A stretch of 64,000 bases of DNA, taken from NCBI GenBank assembly GCA_963777125.1, contig CAVZPN010000003.1:32503-96502 (forward strand). Direction: 5' to 3'. A program made the translations under genes and the position numbers. The stretch is from an uncultured archaeon. Its GTDB lineage: Archaea > Nanobdellota > Nanobdellia > Woesearchaeales > UBA9642. The notes under the pieces were generated by a model. The model was given only the letters and a program-made list of their open reading frames with translations, did no database searches and was not told the origin of the DNA. Positions within the stretch are counted from its first letter, which is position 1. Each line of letters begins with the position of its first letter. Shown here one piece after another: positions 42,644 to 52,542 of this stretch.

Positions 42644-43828
42644 TTATTCTTGAGAAATTTCTTTAATTGTTTCCACAACAACATTTATTCTAGCATCAGT
42701 TTTAAGTCCAACTAATCTAAAATGTGTTCTTGAAACTAAATATCCTTTTGCAATTAATTTTTTAGTTAAAATAGAATAATCAGGAATTGGCAGTTTATAA
42801 TGTTGACATATTTCATGAATATCATAAAATCCAAATATTTCATTACATTTACCTTTGGATTCGAGCATTATTGTTTCAAGAAATTTATTATACTCCCCAA
42901 CTTTATTATTGCTAAATATTTTTTCAGCTAAATTTGAATCTTGTAACACGCCCGTCCACATTGGTCCAGAATATTCCATGAACTTAACGTTTTTAGAATT
43001 TGTTGAAGTAGAATGCGAATTAGCAGCGCATAAATCACACACAACATTATTGTGATTAGAAATTTGCATATTCATACAAGTAGGACAATACAGTACATAT
43101 TTGTGTTGCTTTAAGACATTATCGGATACGATTTTTCCTTTAATACATTTGAAAAATATTCTAAAATAATAATCTTTAAAGTAAGAATATATTGGAATTA
43201 AAGCTTTATCATGCTGAGCACCTAGCATTTGAATTTTTCTTATTAAAATTCTTATACCAGTTTCATGCATCATACCAGTATGCAAGGGTCTTGCCCAATA
43301 ATTTCGCATACATGTATCAAAATGTGACCCTGATAATGAAGCAGTATCAGTTGCAGTAATGCCTAAAATCCCATTACGTGAAACACGAACAATACTTGCA
43401 TCAAGAAAATCATTTGGACTACCAAATGGATCAACATCAACATAATCAACACCTTTTGCATGAAGTAAAGAAAGATTTGCATCCTCGTTAGTTATAATTA
43501 TGTGTTTAGTATTTTTTACGCCGCTAGCCTTCAAATTCTTTTTGAATGTAGAAACAAAATTTGGATCATAATCATTAACAAAAATATTGTCAACAATGCC
43601 TTTTTTTAATTCAAGTAAAAATCTTATACTTCGAACACCAGATCCTGCCATAATATCTGCTAATTGAATATTTTTTAAACCAGAATTATTAAGTAACAGT
43701 ACACTAACATCTCGATTAAATTTCATTACTGGATTGTAAAATACTTCAAGTTCTTTTGAAATTTTACCATTTTTATCAAGCGAAGCATAAAACTTAGCTT
43801 TTCCTTCAGTCATTAAGTGCATAAACAT
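42644..43828 (-). CDS. trm1: tRNA (guanine26-N2)-dimethyltransferase
   Basis: VFYNPVMKFNRD, AGSGVRSIR, DVDPFGSP, TATD, ETGIRIL, GPMWTG. Confidence 0.93.
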   Translation of the reverse strand: MFMHLMTEGKAKFYASLDKNGKISKELEVFYNPVMKFNRDVSVLLLNNSGLKNIQLADIMAGSGVRSIRFLLELKKGIVDNIFVNDYDPNFVSTFKKNLKASGVKNTKHIIITNEDANLSLLHAKGVDYVDVDPFGSPNDFLDASIVRVSRNGILGITATDTASLSGSHFDTCMRNYWARPLHTGMMHETGIRILIRKIQMLGAQHDKALIPIYSYFKDYYFRIFFKCIKGKIVSDNVLKQHKYVLYCPTCMNMQISNHNNVVCDLCAANSHSTSTNSKNVKFMEYSGPMWTGVLQDSNLAEKIFSNNKVGEYNKFLETIMLESKGKCNEIFGFYDIHEICQHYKLPIPDYSILTKKLIAKGYLVSRTHFRLVGLKTDARINVVVETIKEISQE

Positions 43829-43881
43829 AAGTATCTCTTAGTTAATTTATAAATTTTCGTAAGTGTTTAAGTATATAAAAC

Positions 43882-44002
43882 TAAGTGTCATGGTCGCTCA
43901 CATTCATAATATTTTATCAAAAGAAAAATCTTCCACTTGCAATCCTAAAGATTTTTCCAGAATCATTACAATATAATGTTCGCCTTAAGATGATGACACT
44001 TA
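43882..44002. repeat. REP/MITE-like palindromic element D
   Basis: Perfect 10-bp TIR TAAGTGTCAT/ATGACACTTA; inner CGCTCACATT motif shared with element A. Confidence 0.6.
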
Positions 44003-44058
44003 ACTTAACTAAGCATTTAAATTTTCGCTACATTTAAAAAACGTTTCTGTATTCTTAC

Positions 44059-45849
44059 ATGATGGGTAAATGTAGATCGCCAATAATTGCCGTTATGGGT
44101 CATGTTGACCACGGAAAATCAAGTATTCTTGATAGAATTAGAAATACTGCTATAATCGATACTGAAGCTGGAGGAATAACTCAAGCAATTGGTGCAAGTA
44201 TTGTACCATTACACATTATTAAAAAATTCTGCGATAGATTAAATGTAAAATTTGATTTTATTATTCCAGGATTATTATTTATTGATACACCTGGTCACGA
44301 AGCTTTTACGAGTTTAAGAAAAAGAGGAGGAAATCTTGCTGATATTGCAATACTTGTTGTTGATATCAATGAAGGATTTAAACCTCAAACAATTGAAGCT
44401 CTTGAAATATTAAAAAATTATAAGACACCATTTATTATTGCATTAAATAAAATTGATTTAGTTAATGGATATCGAGTAAAAGAAGAATTAAAAGATAAAT
44501 CAGTACTTGAAAATTTAAACGCGCAAGAATTCTCAGTAACACAAGACATAGAAGCAAAATTATACACTACAGTCGGATTTATTAGTGAAAAATTTGGCAT
44601 GGAATCAGAAAGATACGATAGATGCGATTACACAAAACAAATAGCAATTGTACCATGTAGTGCAAAACATGGCCTTGGAATATCAGAATTATTAATGGTA
44701 ATTACGGGCCTCACGCAACGATACCTAGAAAACAGTTTAGTTTGCAATTTAGAAGAAAATAGTTTTGCAAAAGGAACAATACTTGAATTAAAAAATTCTG
44801 AAGGTTTAGGATTATGCATGGATGCAATACTATACGACGGAGTAATGCGTGTTAATGATATTTTAATTATCGGCGGAGTAGAAGCACCAATAGTTACTAA
44901 AGTTAAAGGATTATTTGAACCCAAATTAATGACTGATATGAGAGATAAAAAAACAAAATTCCAAGCAATACGTGAAGTAAGTGCTGCAACTGGAGTTAGA
45001 GTTAATGCTCAAGAACTTGATGGAGTAATTGCAGGAATGCCGCTAATTAGTTGTCCACAAAATACTCCTCTAAAAATTATTGAAGAATTAAAAGAAAAAA
45101 TACAAAAAGAAGTTGAAGAAGTACTAATTACAACAGATAAAGAAGGAATAGTAATAAAAGCCGATAACATTGGAAGCCTTGAAGCAATAATTAAACTATT
45201 AAAAGATAAAGGAATACAAATAAGAAAAGCAGGCGTTGGAAACATTACTAAAAAAGATATTACTGATGCAGAAAGTAATTATGAAAAAGATCCAACTGAA
45301 TCAGTAATCCTCGGATTTAACATTACAAATGAATCAGGAATTAAAAATGATAAAGTTAAAATAATTACAGATAATGTAATTTACAAATTAATCGATAATT
45401 ACGATACTTGGAAAAAAGAAGAATCCAAAAGATTAGAAGAAAAAGAACTTGAAGGACTTGCAAGACCATACAAAATCGAGTATTTAATGAATTATTCTTT
45501 TAGAGCAAGTAATCCTGCAATAATTGGTGTTGAAGTACTTGTTGGCGAATTAAAAACAGGAACAGACATAATGAAAGAAGATGGAGTAAAGCTAACTAGC
45601 GTTAAAGAAATACAAAAGAATAAAGAAAGTGTAACAATACTAAAAAGAAAAGAACAAGGAGCTGCATCCTTGCCTCAAGTAACAATTGGCAGACAAATTA
45701 ATGAGGGAGATATATTCTATTCAGTAATTCCAGAAGCTGATTTTAGAAAAATAAAAACATTAACAAAATACTTATCAAAAGAAGAAACCACAGTATTAAA
45801 AGAGATTGCTGAAATAATGCGAAAAAATAATCCTGTCTGGGGCATATAA
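44059..45849 (+). CDS. infB: Translation initiation factor aIF-5B (IF-2)
   Basis: RSPII.VMGHVDHGKS, GGITQAIGA, DTPGH, NKID, C-terminal NPVWG. Confidence 0.96.
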   Translation: MMGKCRSPIIAVMGHVDHGKSSILDRIRNTAIIDTEAGGITQAIGASIVPLHIIKKFCDRLNVKFDFIIPGLLFIDTPGHEAFTSLRKRGGNLADIAILVVDINEGFKPQTIEALEILKNYKTPFIIALNKIDLVNGYRVKEELKDKSVLENLNAQEFSVTQDIEAKLYTTVGFISEKFGMESERYDRCDYTKQIAIVPCSAKHGLGISELLMVITGLTQRYLENSLVCNLEENSFAKGTILELKNSEGLGLCMDAILYDGVMRVNDILIIGGVEAPIVTKVKGLFEPKLMTDMRDKKTKFQAIREVSAATGVRVNAQELDGVIAGMPLISCPQNTPLKIIEELKEKIQKEVEEVLITTDKEGIVIKADNIGSLEAIIKLLKDKGIQIRKAGVGNITKKDITDAESNYEKDPTESVILGFNITNESGIKNDKVKIITDNVIYKLIDNYDTWKKEESKRLEEKELEGLARPYKIEYLMNYSFRASNPAIIGVEVLVGELKTGTDIMKEDGVKLTSVKEIQKNKESVTILKRKEQGAASLPQVTIGRQINEGDIFYSVIPEADFRKIKTLTKYLSKEETTVLKEIAEIMRKNNPVWGI

Positions 45850-45904
45850 TATTAATAGCAAAATAATACTATAACTGTATAATCAAATAACAATAATACA
45901 AAAA

Positions 45905-46408
45905 ATGAATCAAATAAATACTATCGGAAGTTTGAAAATACTAAATTCCAGGGAAACAAAGCACATATTAGAAAAATTATTCGAACAATACGGATACAAG
46001 TATGATAAAACAACTCAAGACTACGTATTTTTAATGAATAAAGATAATAGAATATATGTTGTATCAAGAACTGTCGAACTTTTACCATTTCAAGAAATGA
46101 AAATTGATAGCCTCGGAATTTATCTAGGAGAATTATACAAAGAAAGCATAAGATTAAGTGTTGAAGGCAGTCAAATAATTGGACCAGAATCAAATAAAAA
46201 TATAATTGATTTAGATAAAGATGAAATGATTGAATGGATTAAAGGCGCAGACATTGAACATGATGATACAGGTAGAGATTTCATAATTATAAGATACAAA
46301 GACTTACAAACAGGATATGTTGATTATCTTGGCGCAGGAAAATTTAAAGAAGGCAAAATAATGAATTATGTTTCTAAATCCAGAAGATTAGTTGTTGTTA
46401 ATAACTAG
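45905..46408 (+). CDS. NIP7/RsmF C-terminal PUA-like RNA-binding protein
   Basis: SLGIYLGE, IRLSVEGSQIIGP, EWIKG.D, LGAGK...IMNYVSKSRR. Confidence 0.65.
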   Translation: MNQINTIGSLKILNSRETKHILEKLFEQYGYKYDKTTQDYVFLMNKDNRIYVVSRTVELLPFQEMKIDSLGIYLGELYKESIRLSVEGSQIIGPESNKNIIDLDKDEMIEWIKGADIEHDDTGRDFIIIRYKDLQTGYVDYLGAGKFKEGKIMNYVSKSRRLVVVNN

Positions 46409-46450
46409 TTTTTTGGAAACCTTTTTATAATTGCATCAAAATCTGAACAT

Positions 46451-47104
46451 ATGCTTCAGGCAGTAATATTTGATCGTGATGGAATTCTACTAGATTCTGA
46501 AGATATACATATACAATCCACATTATATGCGCTTAAAAAATTCGGAATAAATCCAGAATTATCGGATACAAAATTAATAGTAGGCAGACATCCTTCAGAC
46601 TATACATCAGATTTCATAAAAAAATATGCGCAATATAATATATCTTATGATAATTTTAGAAAATTTCAAAAAGATTTCTATTACGAACATATTGATAATG
46701 CGCCAATATTTGAAGATGCAATTAATTTAGTTAAAACGATTCACACCGTAAATATCCTGCTAGGTCTTGCAACATCTTCATCCAAAGACAACACAATTAG
46801 ATTTTTAGATAGATCAAATCTTAAAGATTATTTTGATGCGATTATAACTTGTGATGATTGTACTAAAAGAAAACCCGAACCAGATCCATATCTAATTACA
46901 GCCAATAAACTAAACGTAGACGCAAAACACTGCGTAGCGATTGAAGATACGAGTATCGGCATTGAATCAGCTAAAAGAGCCGGAATGAAATGTATTGCAA
47001 TACCTAATAAATATACTCTAAACGAAGATTTCTCAAAAGCAGATTTAATTGTAACATCGGCAAAAGATATTAATTTACAAGTCTTACAAAATCTTACTAA
47101 ATAA
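46451..47104 (+). CDS. HAD phosphatase (beta-PGM-like)
   Basis: VIFDRDGILLDSE, ATSS, KPEPD, IED. Confidence 0.9.
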   Translation: MLQAVIFDRDGILLDSEDIHIQSTLYALKKFGINPELSDTKLIVGRHPSDYTSDFIKKYAQYNISYDNFRKFQKDFYYEHIDNAPIFEDAINLVKTIHTVNILLGLATSSSKDNTIRFLDRSNLKDYFDAIITCDDCTKRKPEPDPYLITANKLNVDAKHCVAIEDTSIGIESAKRAGMKCIAIPNKYTLNEDFSKADLIVTSAKDINLQVLQNLTK

Positions 47105-47165
47105 AGTCTAATTGTCCCTAAAAGAGTTACACGCATTTTAATAGTTCTAGAAAATACCTTTATTA

Positions 47166-47669
47166 GTGATACTAATGACTAACACACAAAATGAAGAACT
47201 AAAAAATCTAGAAGAACTTATAGAAAAACGAAAACAAGAAGCTAAAGATAAACAAATAGGATATAAACTACGAACTATTGTTGACAACTTAGGACATAAA
47301 TATACGAATAATTCAACAAAAAATCTTGGTAGTGAGGGAATATATACTGAAAGCATAATCGGAGAATATAAAGATAATAACTTTTCTATAAATTACAAAA
47401 CAACAACGAGTGAATCTAGCGATGGTGGAGGAGGATTTTATTTTCATGAAGATATCACATACGATAAATCGCAAGTATATTCAGAAATAAATGGTGAAAT
47501 TCGTACATATATTCCCGGAATATGGGAAAATGAATATAATCAATTATATGATAACGCACTAAATAAAAAAGAAGAGAATGAAAAAAAAGAACTACAAAGA
47601 CAACAAAACATAAAACAAAAAGAAGAAACTGAAATATATCAACAATTAAAGAAAAATTTTGGATTATAG
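47166..47669 (+). CDS. Hypothetical protein with coiled-coil ends
   Basis: 167-aa ORF with charged helical termini. Confidence 0.5.
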   Translation: MILMTNTQNEELKNLEELIEKRKQEAKDKQIGYKLRTIVDNLGHKYTNNSTKNLGSEGIYTESIIGEYKDNNFSINYKTTTSESSDGGGGFYFHEDITYDKSQVYSEINGEIRTYIPGIWENEYNQLYDNALNKKEENEKKELQRQQNIKQKEETEIYQQLKKNFGL

Positions 47670-47708
47670 AACATAATCCTGCTAAAGATAAATACATAAA
47701 AAACCTAA

Positions 47709-48410
47709 TCAAGAATATATCACTGAATGAATTGTTTTTTCTAAAGAATCCATTTTCTTCTTAGGAGCATTTAAAGTTATCTCTACAACTATTTCTCGAG
47801 AATTAGGAGATACCTTATAATAACTATAATCAATTATTCCTAATTCATGACCTATCCATCTTTGCCGTTCCCAGTCATCAACAAATCTCAATTCAGACAT
47901 ATTTCGTGAAGTTCTCTCCACATCAGACTTAAAAATAAACACGCTATTAGGGTGATAACACCCATCAAAAAACATGCGAGGACTATCAACCAACTTACAA
48001 CCAAATATACTCTCTGAGATTCTCCCATCAACCTCAGAAATAAACATACTATTAGGATGATAAATTGAATCAGCATAAATATGAGGCTGATAAGGCATAT
48101 TCTCAATATGCTTAGGAGAATCCTCATAAATTTCTACAAAATTATAAGAGTTCATTCTTTCCCTAAAACCTTCAGGTAAAGTATTTTTAGGAACACCATA
48201 AGGAAAGAAAAAATTATCTTTATTTACATAAGCATTATAATACCAATCTTTTCTTATTCTAGGTAATTTCAAATCCATTCTATCCTCCCAACTAGCATTA
48301 GCATAATCATAATTATAGAAATCGTATTCATAAAAAAGATGCGTGATTAACCTTTTCACACCTTTATTAAATTTCTTTTTCATCTGCCATAGATTATAAT
48401 TCATACTCAT
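47709..48410 (-). CDS. Hypothetical aromatic-rich protein with internal repeat
   Basis: DSIYHPNSMFI / DGCYHPNSVFI duplication; GGAGG RBS. Confidence 0.55.
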   Translation of the reverse strand: MSMNYNLWQMKKKFNKGVKRLITHLFYEYDFYNYDYANASWEDRMDLKLPRIRKDWYYNAYVNKDNFFFPYGVPKNTLPEGFRERMNSYNFVEIYEDSPKHIENMPYQPHIYADSIYHPNSMFISEVDGRISESIFGCKLVDSPRMFFDGCYHPNSVFIFKSDVERTSRNMSELRFVDDWERQRWIGHELGIIDYSYYKVSPNSREIVVEITLNAPKKKMDSLEKTIHSVIYS

Positions 48411-48497
48411 TTTAATGCCTCCTAAATTAATTAATATAGGTAAACATTACCAGTATTAATATATGTGTAACTTTTTAAGGGACAAACAATACAAAAA

Positions 48498-48505
48498 TTT
48501 ATATA
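48498..48505 (+). promoter_or_regulatory. TATA box upstream of the TrmB-like gene
   Basis: AAAAA-TTTATATA 29 nt before the ATG. Confidence 0.5.
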
Positions 48506-48526
48506 TTAAACCATACTTCTAGGAGC

Positions 48527-49318
48527 ATGGATAGTTTAAAATTACTTAAAAAATTAGGATTCTCAGATTATGAATCAAGAGCATATCTATCTTTATGTAG
48601 ATTAGGACCAAGTTCAGTAAAAGAAATAGTAATAGATAGCGGACTTCCAAGAAATAAAACGTATGAAGCACTACAAAAATTAGAAAATAAAAATTATGTA
48701 ATGGTATTGCCAATATCTCCTAGAAAATATAAAATAACTAACCCGGAATTATTAAAAGAAGAAATTAAACACATGGATAATGCGGTAAACGATTTAATAA
48801 GAATTGTCGAACAACCAAAAAACTTAGAGTACAAAGATTTATTTTGGGTAATAAAGGGAAGAAAAGCCATAATTGAAAAACTTGCAATCGAAGATGAAAT
48901 AGTAAGAGAAGAAATATTATCATGTAGCGAATTAAATAAAATAATATATAAAAATATTAGAATAATAAAAGAAAAAACAAAAAAAGGAGTCAAAGTAAAG
49001 TTTATCACACCCTTTGATAAAAGAAATATTGATGTCTATAACGCATGGATTGATGCAGGTGTTGAAATAAGAATTTTTGATGAGAAAAAATTCGGAACAC
49101 TACTGCCAAGAATGACTATTTTAGATAAAACTAAAGGAAGAATAACAATAGGAATTCCTGAAGTTAAAAATGAAGAAGAATACGTAACATTATGGACTGA
49201 AAGTCGAGCATTCTGTAATATGCTAAGAAACCAATTTAATAATATGTGGAAACAATCAATACCAATAGATACATATATCAACAACAAAAATAAAGACTCG
49301 AAGAAAAATAGTGCCTAG
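48527..49318 (+). CDS. TrmB-family transcriptional regulator
   Basis: LKKLGFSDYESRAYLSL..GLPRNKTYEALQKL wHTH plus PLD-like effector domain. Confidence 0.9.
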   Translation: MDSLKLLKKLGFSDYESRAYLSLCRLGPSSVKEIVIDSGLPRNKTYEALQKLENKNYVMVLPISPRKYKITNPELLKEEIKHMDNAVNDLIRIVEQPKNLEYKDLFWVIKGRKAIIEKLAIEDEIVREEILSCSELNKIIYKNIRIIKEKTKKGVKVKFITPFDKRNIDVYNAWIDAGVEIRIFDEKKFGTLLPRMTILDKTKGRITIGIPEVKNEEEYVTLWTESRAFCNMLRNQFNNMWKQSIPIDTYINNKNKDSKKNSA

Positions 49319-49334
49319 AAAATACTAATTACTA

Positions 49335-50135
49335 TCACTTAGCAATCTTCCTAACAATATCAAGAACTTCGTTAATATCTTTTATTTCGTAATCAACATA
49401 CTTATGATGCACGTCATTGTTTAAACTTTGTTTAGTCCAAATAGTAATAAAACCTAATACTTTAGCACTAACTAAATCAACATCAGGATGATCGCCAATC
49501 ATAATACCTTGTTTTGCATTAAAGCCAGATAATTTTAAAACTTCTTCCCAATTTCTAGGATCAGGTTTATTAAAACCAACATCATCACTTGTGACAATAT
49601 AATCAAAATACTGTTCTAAGCCCAGATTTTTTAATCGCATCATTTTAATATCGCGTTTTCCGTCGGAATCAGTAACTAAAGCGAGTTTAAACCCGGAAGA
49701 TTTTAATGATTCAAGTACAAGCACTGTACTCGGATAGTTTTTCAAGAGTTTAGAATAATTATTCCAATATTTTTTCTCATAAGAATCAGAATTTAAAATC
49801 AGTTTATTAACACTTATTCCCAAATTTTTAGTTTCATCTAATTTTTCAAGAGTCTCAGAAAACCATAAACTACGAGAATACTTTCCTGGCTCAAAAGAAT
49901 TATGCAAATAATAGTTTTTTATCTCGTTAAAAACCTTCATAATAGTGAATGCAGAACAAACATCGCAATCTTTAGCAAGTTTAGCACCATTTTTCAGCTG
50001 CATTTTATGTATTTCTTTTTCTAAAAATTGCACCATTATAGATTCAGTTTCAACTTCAGCTGAATTTGAATCACATAGAGTATTATCTAAATCAAAGCAT
50101 ATTAATTTTATCTCTTTTTTAAATATAGAAAACAT
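49335..50135 (-). CDS. HAD-IA hydrolase (YjjG-like)
   Basis: FDLDNTL, LVTD, KPDP, IGDHPDVD. Confidence 0.9.
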   Translation of the reverse strand: MFSIFKKEIKLICFDLDNTLCDSNSAEVETESIMVQFLEKEIHKMQLKNGAKLAKDCDVCSAFTIMKVFNEIKNYYLHNSFEPGKYSRSLWFSETLEKLDETKNLGISVNKLILNSDSYEKKYWNNYSKLLKNYPSTVLVLESLKSSGFKLALVTDSDGKRDIKMMRLKNLGLEQYFDYIVTSDDVGFNKPDPRNWEEVLKLSGFNAKQGIMIGDHPDVDLVSAKVLGFITIWTKQSLNNDVHHKYVDYEIKDINEVLDIVRKIAK

Positions 50136-50145
50136 ATTAAAATTC

Positions 50146-51409
50146 TCACAATCTATGTATTCTGTGTTTCTTCTTACGTATACGTATCAATAACAACAAT
50201 ATAACAATAATAATTATAATAATTATCAATACATATAACCAATTAAATTCTTGTTTTTCTACACCATCATTAATTGTCAACATAGAACTTTTTTCAAAAC
50301 TCAATTTATTATTATAAAGAATTCTTCCGGAAATATGATACTGTCCAAGCTTTTTAGGAGTAAAATATACTACAATAGTAGTAGTTTCTTGTGGAGCAAC
50401 ATCATAAAATTCTGAATCAATAGTTTCAACAATCTCATTATTAGATGTTATTATGCCTTTAAATTTTGCACTAACAGTTCTTTGACCAGTATTTTTAAAT
50501 GTAGCAGTAATAGGTATAACGTCCCCAATTTTAGCCCACGCAGAATTATCTAAACGTAAAAATTCTCCACTATCAACTATCGCACCTTTATCATAAACAC
50601 TAAAAGTTGTAAGAGCGCTATTTTCACAAGGATGAATAGTAACATATGCCCAATATTGTCCAATTCTTAAATTATTACTCAAAGTATTAGCTAATGCAAG
50701 AGTAGTAGTTGGGAAAACTTCAGAGATCACTAAAAGTAACATCTCTACTCACCATAAGTTTAGTTTGATCCTGATTCCAAATATCAATAGTTGCAGTAGG
50801 TTTTACACGAATATTACCGCCATTTGAAACACTCATAGAATAATCAAGCAAACTTCCAACTTCAGTATCTCGAATAATTACTCCACCACCATTACAAGAT
50901 AAAAATTCTGTACCGGTAACTTTTACACTTATTCTAACCATAAATGCTGCTTGTAATTGAGAACCATATTGACCATCTGGAGTATTTAATGTCCCAGTAA
51001 TTACTCTTAAAGTTCCAGAATAAGTTCCTGCAGGAATATCCTTTGGAGGATTAACTATTACATGTAAAGTTTGATAATTAGAATTATTAACATAGAAAGT
51101 AATATTAGGAGAATTAATATCTGGATCAACTTTTATCCAATCTTTAATATCGCCTAATAATTCATAAGATAACGGCACATTAAATTGCGCATCTGTTGAC
51201 ACATAAAACATATCTTCAGCATATCCTCCCTTTAAAACATCATTGTATTCTAATACGGCTTTAGTTACAGAAATTCCGACAGCATTTACATTAACAGAAT
51301 TAAAACCAACCAATAAGACAAATAAAATTAAAAAGATAAATACTTTAGTAATAGTTTTAGAAAATATACTAAAATGAATACTAAATTTATTATTAAATTT
51401 ACGCATCAT
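50146..51409 (-). pseudogene. Secreted Ig-like protein with C-terminal TM anchor, split by a 1-nt frameshift near 50720
   Basis: Upstream frame has a signal peptide and ends RDVTFSDL*; the +1 frame continues EVFPTT through Ig-like domains to a TM helix and basic tail. Confidence 0.7.
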
Positions 51410-51410
51410 T

Positions 51411-52358
51411 TTAAGGTGCCACCGCAGTAAATATTACATATCCTGTACAGTTTCCTGCAGGATTATTAGTAGAATTAATATATATTTGCCAATATGTTGA
51501 ATTAAAACTTAAATTCTCACTATTATTTTGTTTTGACATAGTTAAATTTTGTAACATTTGAGCAGTATTACTAAGAGATGTTTTTGATGTCCAATTAACA
51601 TCTGATGCAGCAAACCTTTGATTAGAAACAGTAATGTTTCCGCCTAAACTACAATTCATAGCAAGACCATCACCTCTTCTTGCACCGTATCCTTCTACAG
51701 AAACATTAATCAACATATTTCCAATATTTGTAATATTTGCCGTCGCATTAACACTATACTCCTCAACAGCAATATTACCATAATCAATTCCTTCAGTAAC
51801 ATTAAGAGCATAAACAGGAGAAAATATCGTTGTACCACTAGCAGAATTAGTATAATTAGACATATCAACAATAGTTGCATTACACATCCATGTACCGTTA
51901 TTAGCATAATACAACACATCAAAAGCGCAAACAAACCATCCTTCATTACCGGTTGTACTAGCATTCAAATCACAAGAACGATTAGTATAATGAGTATTAT
52001 TATCATCATTAGCACTAAAATTAGATGCAAAAGTATTCCATAAACTAGCATTTAGAGCAAGTATATCATTATAACCATTCCAATCACGAACAGTAAAATT
52101 ACAATAAACAGTCTTTAAAGAGCCTGCAGAAATAGTAATATTACGAGCAGATGAATTCAAATATTCATAAATAGTAACATTCAAAATCTCAGGTTTAGAA
52201 TTAGTAATATTAGCATGGGTTTGAACGGTGCTATTCTTATAATTAGAACTTATATTATTAGGAGCTATACCTAAAGGTAGCATCAATATTAATGTAGTAA
52301 CAAAGATTACTAATAACATTATAAAAAAAACTCTATACTTCAAAACCACCACTCCCAC
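51411..52358 (-). CDS. Secreted surface protein with six-Cys module (paralog A)
   Basis: Signal peptide, many N-x-S/T sequons, YYANNGTWMCN, NCTGYVIFTA; homologous to 56171-57133. Confidence 0.8.
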   Translation of the reverse strand: MGVVVLKYRVFFIMLLVIFVTTLILMLPLGIAPNNISSNYKNSTVQTHANITNSKPEILNVTIYEYLNSSARNITISAGSLKTVYCNFTVRDWNGYNDILALNASLWNTFASNFSANDDNNTHYTNRSCDLNASTTGNEGWFVCAFDVLYYANNGTWMCNATIVDMSNYTNSASGTTIFSPVYALNVTEGIDYGNIAVEEYSVNATANITNIGNMLINVSVEGYGARRGDGLAMNCSLGGNITVSNQRFAASDVNWTSKTSLSNTAQMLQNLTMSKQNNSENLSFNSTYWQIYINSTNNPAGNCTGYVIFTAVAP

Positions 52359-52542
52359 TTAAACTTTAATTAATTTATTTATATAGTTTATGATATTTAT
52401 AAATAATAAAGTAGATTACGACTTACACAAACAATATTAAATATTAAAAAATATTAAAATGCATACTACTTACTAAATTATTTGCTAAATATTCCCCAAA
52501 TAATCAATCTATAATATCAAATATTTATTGATTCAACATTTA

